Positions 32,549-43,167 of a stretch of DNA of 64,000 nt are shown here, one piece after another. The DNA lies in assembly GCA_965219685.1 (NCBI GenBank), contig CBDCOH010000002.1:1472001-1536000 (forward strand). Direction: 5' to 3'. The notes beneath the pieces were generated by a model. That model was not told the origin of the DNA. It searched no databases and saw only the letters and a list, made by a program, of their open reading frames with translations. Each line of letters starts with the position of its first letter. The first letter of the stretch is position 1. Source of the stretch: Candidatus Spongiisociaceae bacterium (lineage in GTDB: Bacteria; Actinomycetota; Acidimicrobiia; Spongiisociales; Spongiisociaceae). A program made the position numbers and the translations under genes.

Positions 32549-33754
32549 CTAGTCGGGTCGGCTCCGGATTGCGTAGACCTTGTAGTCGTGACGGTATGTG
32601 CGATGCGAATCGTCTATCTCCGTCCAACCCGCCACGCCTCGCTGGCGGCACTCGGCCGTCCAGGTCACCTGTAGCGTGATCGGGTAACCCGCCCGGTACC
32701 CGCTCCGGAGCGAGGACCTGCGGTAGACAGCCTCCTCGCCGTCGACGCTCACCGCCGCCGTTCCTCTCAGCAACCGGACGTCCCTGTACCGGGGTGCGTA
32801 CCTGTGGAAGGCACGGCGTCCCAGTTCGACTCCGTCGAGCGTGGCCAGGTCCGTGAAGTACCAGGAGACGCGGCTGACCCACATCCTCACGTACACCCGC
32901 TCGGATCCGACCCTGACCGTGAAGGAAGCCCTCGAGTCCGCCGTGTAGGAGGTCTCCATGGGGACACCTACGTAACCGTGCGCTGCCGGCCGCAGCCCCA
33001 GTCCCGGTGACGACTGATCCTCCAGCGCCTCGTCCAGGGCCTCGTAAGTCTCGGGCTCGTAGCACGCCCAGGGGTCGCCGGACTCGGTGGTCGGAGGAGC
33101 GGCGGTGGTCGGCGGCCTGGTGACGACCGGGGGACTCGTAGTCGAGGACGACTCCTCGGTGGTAGTCGGGTCGGTGGTCGATTTGGGGCAGTCGGGAGGG
33201 TGGGCGTCGTCGTCGCCGGAACAGTGGTCGTGAGGAGTGGTGACCCAGGTGCCGCAGTTGTTCGGGCTCGTGTCTGCCGGAAGATCGGGATCGCCTTCGC
33301 AGACCGGGTAGGTGGGACCCGTCCGGTCCTCGTGCTTACCCAGATACGTGAACTTTATGTCCAGGTCGTCGCCATGCGGATCGTGCCCACCTGCCTGGCC
33401 GATACCACAACTGTTGATCCTGCTCGGGTCGGGAGGCCGGATCTCCGAACCGCACGGCTTCCATTCCGGTCCGTCCTGCGACCAGCGAAGGCACCCCACC
33501 TGCTGTAGGTCGGGGATGTAACCCTTCTGCACGCATACCCATCGCATCCAGTAGTTCCAGTGGCGCTCCCAGTCCCATGTGGTGGCGGTGCGTCCCGGGT
33601 TCCAGGACGACGAGGGCGGGTCCGCACCACCCGGCTCCGACGCCCAGAGAGCCGCTAGGACCAGTAAACATCCAACCGCCAGCCATCCGACGGTCCCCGC
33701 GATCCGTTGCGGGCATGGCCGTACTGAATCACTGCCCGCGCCCGGCATCGTCAT
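32549..33754 (-). CDS. Secreted Cys/Trp-rich protein with a Thr linker and a C-terminal PKD-like beta domain
   Basis: Signal-like hydrophobic stretch; C-terminal P...GYVGVP, SWYF.D, YPITLQVTW resembles actinobacterial PKD-like secreted proteins. Confidence 0.65.
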   Translation of the reverse strand: MTMPGAGSDSVRPCPQRIAGTVGWLAVGCLLVLAALWASEPGGADPPSSSWNPGRTATTWDWERHWNYWMRWVCVQKGYIPDLQQVGCLRWSQDGPEWKPCGSEIRPPDPSRINSCGIGQAGGHDPHGDDLDIKFTYLGKHEDRTGPTYPVCEGDPDLPADTSPNNCGTWVTTPHDHCSGDDDAHPPDCPKSTTDPTTTEESSSTTSPPVVTRPPTTAAPPTTESGDPWACYEPETYEALDEALEDQSSPGLGLRPAAHGYVGVPMETSYTADSRASFTVRVGSERVYVRMWVSRVSWYFTDLATLDGVELGRRAFHRYAPRYRDVRLLRGTAAVSVDGEEAVYRRSSLRSGYRAGYPITLQVTWTAECRQRGVAGWTEIDDSHRTYRHDYKVYAIRSRPD

Positions 33755-34902
33755 GGGCGGGGGTCCGGTATGGCGTCGGGATACTCGTCCTCGTTGATCT
33801 CGGGGTTCGGGTCAGGGGGGCACCGGAAGTCGAACTCGAAGACCTCCAGGTAACCGTTCGCGATCCGGCAGTAGCCCTCCCGGTAGGAGAGCTTCCAGTC
33901 ACCATCGATCTGGACGAGGGTGACGGTTGTCCATGGAGCGAGCCGCAGATCCGGATGCCGGAATCTGAACTGGGCCGCGATCACCGCCCGGTCGAAGTGC
34001 GGACCGCCATGCCAACGGATGTCGTTGAATTGGATCTCCCACTCTGCTCGAATCTCGGGGTGAAACACACCGCCGCCGATCTGCAGTCCTATCTCCCGAA
34101 GGGCTGCGAATACCTCATCGAGCAGGTGGCTGTTGCGGATGGCGGAACGGCGCTGCTCGTCGGTGCCGAGCCAGGCCCACCGCATGACCCGCTTCACCTC
34201 CGCCAGGGTGCAGGGATCCTCTACGGGATGACCGTCCCATTTCCAGACCTCCTCCACCGACGCGCAGCGCTGCAGTGATTCCGCCCGAGTCGTAGGTGGG
34301 GACGTCGTCGTCGTGACGGTGGACGAGGACGACGTCGTCGCGGCGAGGGTGGTCGAGGACGATGTCGTTGGGGCGAGGGTGGTCGAGGACGAGGGTGCGG
34401 GCGCCCGGGTGGTCGACAACGACGTAGCCGGCCTGGTCGTGGTCGAGGACGAGGTTGTCTGCTCGGCGGCTGCCGTCGAAGAAGGGTCCGTTGACGACGG
34501 AGAGGGTGTAGAGGCTCCGGTCGTCGACGGCGACCCGGTGGTCTCCGGGAGGCCTTCGGTCAGCGGCGGTCCGGTCGTGGTCGGCTGCGACGTGGACACC
34601 GGCACACTCGGCTCGGACGCCCTGGTGGACGTGGAACCGCCCGCCGTGGCGGCGACCGCGGTGGAACCGGTCGCGACCGAGTCGGCAACGGAATCGCCGG
34701 CGGGAGGAGTAGTCGAAGTGGTGGACGGTGCAGGCTCCGCGGCGGCTGTCGGGGTCACGGCCGCTTCGGTGGTGACATTTGGAACCGGCGCGGCGGTCTC
34801 GGGGGACTCCTGCGTGTGCTCTGCCCGCAGGAGCAGGATCGCGGCCACCACGATGCCTGCCAAAGCAACTGCGATCAGGGCTTTCTCGACTGGACGGGCC
34901 AT
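33751..34902 (-). CDS. Membrane-anchored Ser/Thr/Pro-rich protein with a C-terminal globular domain
   Basis: N-terminal TM, about 180-aa S/T stalk, Cys/Trp-containing C-domain; ATGA overlap with the next gene. Confidence 0.75.
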   Translation of the reverse strand: MARPVEKALIAVALAGIVVAAILLLRAEHTQESPETAAPVPNVTTEAAVTPTAAAEPAPSTTSTTPPAGDSVADSVATGSTAVAATAGGSTSTRASEPSVPVSTSQPTTTGPPLTEGLPETTGSPSTTGASTPSPSSTDPSSTAAAEQTTSSSTTTRPATSLSTTRAPAPSSSTTLAPTTSSSTTLAATTSSSSTVTTTTSPPTTRAESLQRCASVEEVWKWDGHPVEDPCTLAEVKRVMRWAWLGTDEQRRSAIRNSHLLDEVFAALREIGLQIGGGVFHPEIRAEWEIQFNDIRWHGGPHFDRAVIAAQFRFRHPDLRLAPWTTVTLVQIDGDWKLSYREGYCRIANGYLEVFEFDFRCPPDPNPEINEDEYPDAIPDPRP

Positions 34903-35127
34903 CTTCCAACCTCTCGGGAACGGGTCGACGGAAGGCGTTCCCCGATCAGGTTATGGGTTCCCGCACACCTATCGAGTGTTAACTAACAATTACTTATCGC
35001 GATCTCACCCAAAGGACAACACAACGAATCGAATCGCAGGTGCGGGTCCATCGGCTCTCCGGCAACGGCAAGGCGAGAACAGAGAAGGAGGCTCAGGGTT
35101 CGCCGGTGGAAGACCGGCCGGTCCCCA

Positions 35128-36420
35128 CTACCAGAACCGCTCCGGCGACAGGGGTCCGGCGTCCAGGTCGGTAGGTAGTCCGCACAGCATCTGGGCGACC
35201 AGCCGGCCCGTGACAGGCCCGAGTGACAGACCGACCTTCCCATGACCGGTCGCGTAGGTGACGTTTTCCCAACGGCGCGCGGGGCCCACGATGGGGATCC
35301 CGTCAGGAGTCACCGGCCGGATGCCTGCCCAACGCTCCCGCACCGTCAGATCGGCGTCGAGGTTGACCCTGGCCCGGACGTTGGCCTCGACTTGTTCCAA
35401 ACGGCGGAGCGACGGCCTGGTGTCGAGGCGTCCCAACTCGAGCCACCCGCTCATTCTCATCCTGTCGCCCATAGGGTTGACCGCCACCCATCGGTCACCG
35501 ATCAGGAGGTTCAGACGAGGGCCGGTGCGAGGTCTGTCCACCGTCATGCTGTAACCCTTTCCGGGCTGCACGGGGATGGATTCTCCCAGGAGCGCTGAGA
35601 TCCCCTTCGTCCAGGCGCCGGCTGCGAGGACCACCTGGTCGGCCACCAGGGTGCCTCTCGAGGTTGTCAACTCGACGACCTTGCGTCCCGAGGTGCGGAA
35701 TTCCAAAAGTTCGGTGTGAGAAGCCAGACCCACGCCACGACCGGCGATGACCGCGGCCAGGCCCGCCAGGAACCCGGCGGGGTCGAGGCCGCCATCGTCC
35801 ACGCACAGGAAGCCCCCGATCACTTCATCGTTGAGCGACGGTTCGACTTCCCGGATCTTGGCGCGGTCATACATCTCGATCTGCACGCCGTAACGCTGCA
35901 TCTCCGCCGCCTCGTGCTTGGCAGCCTCGAACACCCGAGGGTCACCGTAGACATGGAGAAGCCCTTCGGGCCGGTAGCCGCACTCGATCCCCTCCTTCGT
36001 GATCAACTCCACCGCCAACTCCGCGCTCAGAAAACCGAGGGCAGCCAACGTGACCGCACCCCGGTGAGCAGCATCCCGGGTGCAGTTGAGCGCGAACCGC
36101 AGGATCCATCTCAGGTAATCGAGATCGAGACTCGGCCGGGCGGTCACCGGTCCAGTCCGGCGGAGGATCCCCTTTGTCACACCGGGCATGACTCCCGGCG
36201 CCGCCATCGGGATCACGTGGCTGGGAACGATGAAACCGGCATTGCCCACCGCGCTTCCACGCGCTACGGGACCCTTGTCGATAACAACCACCTCGCGGCC
36301 CATTTGCACAAGTTCGTAGGCGACGCACAGCCCGATGACGCCGCCCCCGATCACCGCAACGTCGGTCTCACCCGGGACGCAAGGCGTGGGGTCGGTGGGA
36401 GCAACTGATTCCCGAGGCAA
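35128..36420 (-). CDS. FAD-dependent D-amino acid dehydrogenase family protein
   Basis: GGGVIG, SAVGNAG, GKGYS, WAGIRPVTPDG.P, GHG..G. Confidence 0.9.
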   Translation of the reverse strand: MPRESVAPTDPTPCVPGETDVAVIGGGVIGLCVAYELVQMGREVVVIDKGPVARGSAVGNAGFIVPSHVIPMAAPGVMPGVTKGILRRTGPVTARPSLDLDYLRWILRFALNCTRDAAHRGAVTLAALGFLSAELAVELITKEGIECGYRPEGLLHVYGDPRVFEAAKHEAAEMQRYGVQIEMYDRAKIREVEPSLNDEVIGGFLCVDDGGLDPAGFLAGLAAVIAGRGVGLASHTELLEFRTSGRKVVELTTSRGTLVADQVVLAAGAWTKGISALLGESIPVQPGKGYSMTVDRPRTGPRLNLLIGDRWVAVNPMGDRMRMSGWLELGRLDTRPSLRRLEQVEANVRARVNLDADLTVRERWAGIRPVTPDGIPIVGPARRWENVTYATGHGKVGLSLGPVTGRLVAQMLCGLPTDLDAGPLSPERFW

Positions 36421-36493
36421 AATGGACCTTTCTCGAGTTCCGTCGTCGTGGTCATGGAGTGGCGAGTGCCATCACGATACCGGAGATCTAGCA

Positions 36494-36545
36494 GGTGGTT
36501 ACTAGTCGTTAGTTTTTAGTTGTTAGTTACTAGTTGTTAGTTACA
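36494..36545. repeat. AT-rich heptamer array (TTGTTAG/TTACTAG-type)
   Basis: TTACTAG TCGTTAG TTTTTAG TTGTTAG TTACTAG TTGTTAG. Confidence 0.85.
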
Positions 36546-36576
36546 ATGGACAATACGGATGTCTAACAAATGACGC

Positions 36577-37275
36577 CTAATGCCGTGCCCGGCGGTAGGC
36601 AACCAGATCCGAGCCGGCGAAGACCAGGATGAGCACTGCCCCCAGGATCAGACCCCTCTGCCAGAACCACACGGCCGCTGCCACTCCCACGATCAGACCG
36701 ATAATGCGGGCGTGCAGATCGCCGCTGGGACCAAGAATCCTGATGAGGACGACCCGCAGCATCTTCGATCCGTCAAGACCCCCTACAGGCAGCCAGTTGA
36801 CCAACCCCCACACGACGGATACCCAGATGAACGCCCCCACGACGAAGGTCAGGTACTCGCCGTGCAGGTCCGCAAGCCGGAGATGAACACGCCAGGGGGC
36901 GTCGATGATCACCCTCGCCGCCTCGCCCATCCCACCGGCCCGGACGAACAGGTAGAGCCCCAGGCCTGCGAAGAGACCGACCCCGGAACCGGCGGCGGCC
37001 ACGACGAAGTGCTTCCAGGGACGCAGCCGCCGGGCGCTCTCCCGCCAGACCGTTGCGCCTCCGAGCGCATAGATGGTGATGCCTTCTACGTGACCGCCGA
37101 ACCGGCGCACCGTGGCGGCATGGCCCAACTCGTGCAGTATGACCGAGATCAGGATTGCGAGCGCCCATAGCACGACCGCCACGCCGCTGAGCCCCGAATC
37201 GATGAACAGGACGAGGAGGAGCAGGAAGCTGAAGTGGATCCCGGTCGGGAATCCGAACAGCCTGAAACGAAGCAC
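36577..37275 (-). CDS. Site-2 protease (M50) family membrane metalloprotease
   Basis: HELGH, AAAG, NWLPVGGLDG motifs; multiple TM helices. Confidence 0.9.
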   Translation of the reverse strand: MLRFRLFGFPTGIHFSFLLLLVLFIDSGLSGVAVVLWALAILISVILHELGHAATVRRFGGHVEGITIYALGGATVWRESARRLRPWKHFVVAAAGSGVGLFAGLGLYLFVRAGGMGEAARVIIDAPWRVHLRLADLHGEYLTFVVGAFIWVSVVWGLVNWLPVGGLDGSKMLRVVLIRILGPSGDLHARIIGLIVGVAAAVWFWQRGLILGAVLILVFAGSDLVAYRRARH

Positions 37276-37285
37276 CGGACCAGGG

Positions 37286-37432
37286 TAGTGAGTGGTGAGT
37301 GGTGAATGGTGAATGGTGAATGGTGAGTTAGTGAATGGTGAATGGTGAATGGTGAGTTAGTGAATGGTGAATGGTGAGTAGTGAATGGTGAATGGTGAAT
37401 AGTGAATGGTGAATGGTGAATAGTGAATGGTG
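37286..37432. repeat. Long heptamer array (TGGTGAA/TAGTGAA/TGGTGAG), about 20 units
   Basis: Read directly; begins at the -10 box (TACCCT) of the M50 gene. Confidence 0.97.
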
Positions 37433-37455
37433 CCTAGGTGAGTTACACGTAACCC

Positions 37456-38478
37456 TTAGGACCTGACACCCAACTGTTCCAGGGCGTGATCGGCGAGGCG
37501 TTCCACCGAACGGGCTAGTTCACCCAGGTCGACCTCTGCGATGTTGGCCATCGCTCCGTGGAGGTAGCGGGCGTATACACCTTCGAGGATGGCCGCCAAG
37601 CGCCACGCCTGGAACGCCTCGTGGTAGCGAATGCGAGAAACGTCAGCCCCGGTGAGACGCATGTACATGGCCACCATCTCGTCGCGGCGCGGGAATCCCC
37701 CCGCCTGGATGGCAGAGGAGCGCCACAACGACGGTTCGTCGGGACCGATCCAATCGAGCGCCAGATAGCCGAGATCGGCGAGGGGATCGCCCAGGGTGCA
37801 GAGTTCCCAGTCCACGACCGCGCGCACTCTCCCGCCATCCACGATCAAGTTGCCGAGGCGGTAATCGCCGTGGACCACGGAGGCGCGTTCCTGGCGAGGC
37901 ACACGTTCCTCGAGAAGAGCCCGCACACTATCCATTGCAGGCAGGTCGCGTTGTTTCGAAGCTTCGAGCTGGCGGGCCCATCGATACAGCTGACGCTGGA
38001 GATATCCCTCTCGGCGGCCCAGATTCCCGAGTCCGATCTCGTCTGGATCCAGCAGGTGGAGGTTCGCCAACACCTTCACGGCCGACTTCGCGACAGACCG
38101 GCGCTCGTCCGGAGGGATGAGGCCCCCCGCGTCACGATCGTGCAGCACGACGCCGTCGACGAACCCCATCACGTAGAACGGCGCCTCGTTCACTCCCGGA
38201 TCGGAGCACAGCCCCAGCGCGGGAGGGACCGGCACCCGCGATCCCTGGAGGGCGGAGATCAGCCGGTACTCCCTGGCCATGTCATGGGCGCTCTCCAAGA
38301 TGTGCCCCATCGGCGGTCTCCTCAGGGCGAACTCCCGCCCATCGCTGCCGCGTACCCTGTAGGTGAGGTTGGAGTTGCCACCCGGGATAGGCCGGAAGAC
38401 GAAGGGCGGCTCAGCACCCTCCACATTGGCTGACATCCATGCGCTGACGGATCGTTCGTCGATACCTGCTACAGACAT
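37456..38478 (-). CDS. Phosphotransferase family protein (APH/ACAD10-N-like)
   Basis: GGNSNLTY, LRRPP, AHDMAREY, HGDYRLGN, DWEL.TLGDPLADL. Confidence 0.9.
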   Translation of the reverse strand: MSVAGIDERSVSAWMSANVEGAEPPFVFRPIPGGNSNLTYRVRGSDGREFALRRPPMGHILESAHDMAREYRLISALQGSRVPVPPALGLCSDPGVNEAPFYVMGFVDGVVLHDRDAGGLIPPDERRSVAKSAVKVLANLHLLDPDEIGLGNLGRREGYLQRQLYRWARQLEASKQRDLPAMDSVRALLEERVPRQERASVVHGDYRLGNLIVDGGRVRAVVDWELCTLGDPLADLGYLALDWIGPDEPSLWRSSAIQAGGFPRRDEMVAMYMRLTGADVSRIRYHEAFQAWRLAAILEGVYARYLHGAMANIAEVDLGELARSVERLADHALEQLGVRS

Positions 38479-38532
38479 GAGTCTCCGGCGTCGCACGCCG
38501 TGACAGAAGATGGAACATGACCCGATCTAATG

Positions 38533-38590
38533 TTAACCACTGATCACCAACTAACAACTATAGACTACCGACTAGGAACTAGTCATCTAG
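38533..38590. repeat. Degenerate heptamer array, C/A-rich arm abutting the next stop
   Basis: CACCAA CTAACAA CTATAGA CTACCGA CTAGGAA CTAGTCA. Confidence 0.65.
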
Positions 38591-39246
38591 GTAACGCTCC
38601 GGGTTGCGTGCGGCGGGGAGGCCACGACCGTTATCGGTCCACGGTCGAGTCTTCGTAGGAAGAACTGGACGAGGGGACCGATCAACACCGCGAACACAAC
38701 AGTACCGATCCCGACCGCACCGCCCATCAGCCATCCTGCCAGAAGGACCGTGCCCTCGATGATGGTCCGCGCCATGCGGATCGAGAGTCCTCGGGCGGCC
38801 AGGCCGGTCATCACACCGTCCCTGGGACCCGGCCCGAGGCGCGCCCCTATGTAGAGCCCCGAACCGAGACCGATAAGCCCTACCGACCCCAGCAGGTAGA
38901 CCCAGCCCATCAGGGTGGATCCGGTCTCGGCAACGAGCCGGAGGGTGATGTCGATGGTGAGCCCTACGAGAACGGCATTGAGTACGGTCCCCACGCCCAC
39001 ACGCTGCCTCAACGGGATCCACGCCAGGAGAACCAACCCGCTGACCAGGATTGTCACAGTGCCGATGGAGAACGGCACGTGGATGGAGACCCCCTGATGG
39101 AAGGCATCCCACGGCGACAACCCCAGGCCCGAACGGAGCTTCAGGGCTATCCCGGCCCCGAACAGGACGAGCCCGAGCAGCAGGCCGGGAACACGAGCCA
39201 GGACCGCACGACCATATGGAGAGGAGAGGCGGCCCGGAAGCGACAC
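38587..39246 (-). CDS. YczE/YitT-like integral membrane protein
   Basis: LGLSPWD.FHQG, GTVLN, LGPGPRDG.MTG, GIGTV. Confidence 0.85.
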   Translation of the reverse strand: MSLPGRLSSPYGRAVLARVPGLLLGLVLFGAGIALKLRSGLGLSPWDAFHQGVSIHVPFSIGTVTILVSGLVLLAWIPLRQRVGVGTVLNAVLVGLTIDITLRLVAETGSTLMGWVYLLGSVGLIGLGSGLYIGARLGPGPRDGVMTGLAARGLSIRMARTIIEGTVLLAGWLMGGAVGIGTVVFAVLIGPLVQFFLRRLDRGPITVVASPPHATRSVT

Positions 39247-39253
39247 GGGCCGC

Positions 39254-40269
<1,016 letters not shown>

Positions 40270-40273
<4 letters not shown>

Positions 40274-41280
40274 ACCAGCACCCCCTGCCGCCGGTAATGG
40301 CCCAGCAACTCGACGATGCGCGCTGCGTAGCCCCAACCGGTATCGAACCAGACGACCGCTTTGAGCAGGTTGCCGCCGATCATCATCGTCGCCCCGGTGT
40401 CGAAGATTCCGGAGTAGGTGGAACCGCGAACGTCGCTGGACACGATCGGATCGTCGGTGTATCCGAACACGTCCGGGTAGCCGGTCGTGCAGGCCTTGCG
40501 CACCACCTCGTTCACCTGCTCGACGGTGGCAGGGGTTCGCAATCGGGTCACTACGTCTACGGTCGATCCGTCGTCCACCGGAACGTTGAGGGCCTTGGAC
40601 GAGAGTCGGCCGGCCAGGTGCGGGAACACCCCCAGCAGGATCTCGGCCGAGCTGCTGCTCGCAGGGATGATGTTCTCCCCAGCCGCACGGCTGGTACGGA
40701 AGCCCCCCGCCGGAACGTCTCCGAGACGGGCCCGGTTCGTATAGGCGTGAACCGTGGTGAAGAACATCCGGTCGATCCCGAAGTAGCGATCGAGCGTCTC
40801 GACCAGCGGCGCCATGGCGTTGGAGGTATTCGACCCCATTGCCACCACCGGGGGGTCATACTCCAGGATCCCGTCGGTAACGCCGCTCAGAAGGAGCGGG
40901 AGGTCGCCCGGTTGCTCCGTCGTCGACACCAGGATGACCCTCCGGGCGCCCGCCTCCAGATGCCGGGAGCACCACTGCGAGCTCCGGTACTTGCCGGTGG
41001 CCTGGACCACGATCTCCACACCGAGTGCTCCCCAGTCCAAGTCACCGGGCTCGGTGGCCTGGATCAGCGGAATCCGGCGCTCGCCAACCACCAGCACGTC
41101 GCCATCGAGCGAGACCGGCTCCGGGAGAGGCCCGTAGATCGAGTCGTACTTGAGCAGGTACGCCAGGGCCTCACGGTCAGCGATGTCGACGATGGCCCGG
41201 ACGCTCGTCCCGCCGTCGGCGGCGAGTTGGCGGAAGATGTTGCGGCCGATCCGGCCGAAGCCCATCAGACCGATTGACAA
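40270..41280 (-). CDS. GAPDH-like protein lacking the catalytic cysteine
   Basis: GFGRIGR, YLLKYDS, TTVHAYT and ENIIP retained; active-site motif reads GSNTSNAMAP. Confidence 0.9.
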
Positions 41281-41516
41281 GGGTGTACCCCCGCTCTGAC
41301 CGGACCAATGAGTCTAGACAACGACCGGGTTCCAATCGCCGTAGCGATACCGGACGCCGGGCGTTAGCACGTCTCCAAGATGTAGCCGGAACGTAGCTAA
41401 CACTGGTACCCTCCGGATCGAGCGGCCGAGCGCCGGGAGCAATCCGATTGATTGTGGTTCCCTCCCGCCTGCGGTCATAATGGAGACCAACCAGGAGCCG
41501 AAGGAGTCAGGGGAAG

Positions 41517-41834
41517 ATGGCCGGCTACAAGATGATGGTTTGGATCGATCAAGACTTGTGCACCGGTGATGGCATCTGTGAGGAGATCGCGCCAGACGTG
41601 TTCGAAGGACGCGACGACGGACTGTGGGTGGTGAAAGAGGAGGCCAGACACTTCGGTTCCAGCATGGTCTTCGACGACGGCGCCGGGGACGGCCACGGGC
41701 CGGAGGGGTCCCGCGGGGTGGCCAGAGTGCCCGACAACCTCATGGAGGACGTCATCGAATCAGCGGAGGAGTGCCCGGGCGAGTGCATCATGATCGAGCC
41801 CTACAACCCTGCACTCGTCGCGGAGGGCCGCTGA
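41517..41834 (+). CDS. Ferredoxin (single cluster, CxxDxxC...CP)
   Basis: IDQDLCTGDGICEEIAPDVF...AEECPGECI. Confidence 0.9.
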   Translation: MAGYKMMVWIDQDLCTGDGICEEIAPDVFEGRDDGLWVVKEEARHFGSSMVFDDGAGDGHGPEGSRGVARVPDNLMEDVIESAEECPGECIMIEPYNPALVAEGR

Positions 41835-41866
41835 CCCTTCCCTGCGGCACGCCGTCGCAGTTCGAT

Positions 41867-43051
41867 TCAAACACCCCACACGGCGCGAGGTAGGCGCTTC
41901 TCCTTGTCCACGAAGGGCAGCGTGTCCACGGTCGCCTCGTGCGAGACTCCGTGGCGGTCATGCAGCAGCACGGTCTTGCCGAACCAGTCGTCGCCCGGTA
42001 GCGGCCTGTCGAAGCGGACATAGCCGACCCCCGCCTCCAGGGCCGGTGACCACGTTCCGATCGTCACGTGCCCGACCCGGCCGGTACCGGAACTCACCTC
42101 CACTCCGGCGTCCGGCGCGGCGGTTGGACAGAGTAGGCCGAACAGCAACTGGCGGCGATCGGCATCCTGCAGTGCGTCCCGGCCGATGAACCCTGCCTTG
42201 TCGAGCCGGACGAATTGCCCGAGACCAGCGCCGAACGGGGTCAGGTCGGGTTCGATATCGGTGCCGTTGTCGAGGATCCCGGCCTCTATCCGCCGGATTC
42301 CCATCGATGAAGACGAGCTGAACTCCATGCCGAAAGGCTCACCGCACTCCAAGAGATCGTCCCACAGGGCGTTGTGATCCGTCGGCTCCGGGCCGCTGTT
42401 GCAGTAGATCTCTATTCCCACCTCGCCCGTCCAACCCGTTCGAGAGACCCACAATCTCTGACCGCACACATCAAAGAACCCGGCGTGAAAGTACTTGAAT
42501 CCGACCGGTAACCCACCGCCGATGGCCGCGTCAAGTACATGCAGAGATTTCGGCCCTTGGATCTGCAAGACTCGTGAATAGGGGTCAGATACTTCCACAT
42601 CTAGCCCGATGGAGTGAGCCTTGAGCCAGCTCGTGAATTCGCCGTTTGCCTTGACATACCAGTAACGGTCGCTGCCAAGGCGCATCAGTACGCCATCCAT
42701 CAGGACGGTACCATCATCATTGCAGGCGATGCCGTAGCGAGCACGGCCTACCGGGAGAGTCTCTACTCTGCAGGTGAGAACCTTCTCGAGCAGAGTGGCG
42801 GCGTCTGGGCCCATGATCTCGAGTGGTTTCTCAGGAACGTCGTACATCAGAACACCACGGCGTAGTTTCCAGTAACCCGCGACAGGGTCCTCGTCCTTAG
42901 ACGTCTTGAGCGGATAGAGGCGCCCGCAGTAGAGCCCGAAAACGGTCCGGTCGGTTACGTAACGGTCGGCAAAGGGCGATTGTTCGATACGGTACGAACT
43001 CAATCGGACCGTATCGAACCGCTCGACGTAGAAGTGTCGGTCACCTGTCAC
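41867..43051 (-). CDS. Aminomethyltransferase family protein (GcvT/DmdA-like)
   Basis: LEIMGPDA, QIQGP, SRTGWTGE.G.EIY, RRIEAG; GGAGGAG RBS. Confidence 0.88.
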   Translation of the reverse strand: MTGDRHFYVERFDTVRLSSYRIEQSPFADRYVTDRTVFGLYCGRLYPLKTSKDEDPVAGYWKLRRGVLMYDVPEKPLEIMGPDAATLLEKVLTCRVETLPVGRARYGIACNDDGTVLMDGVLMRLGSDRYWYVKANGEFTSWLKAHSIGLDVEVSDPYSRVLQIQGPKSLHVLDAAIGGGLPVGFKYFHAGFFDVCGQRLWVSRTGWTGEVGIEIYCNSGPEPTDHNALWDDLLECGEPFGMEFSSSSSMGIRRIEAGILDNGTDIEPDLTPFGAGLGQFVRLDKAGFIGRDALQDADRRQLLFGLLCPTAAPDAGVEVSSGTGRVGHVTIGTWSPALEAGVGYVRFDRPLPGDDWFGKTVLLHDRHGVSHEATVDTLPFVDKEKRLPRAVWGV

Positions 43052-43167
43052 ATACTCCTCCTCGGTACAGGCCTGTGCCGGTTACGGGATCCATTGACCA
43101 CAAGGGGGGCCCGTCACACGGCAGGCTACCGCTCCTGCGACCGGACTTTGCACCGTAGCCGTGGGGC

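Noticed and set aside
37286-37432. Repeat arrays as CRISPR
   Set aside because: Contiguous 7-bp units with no unique spacers, and no cas genes in the window.
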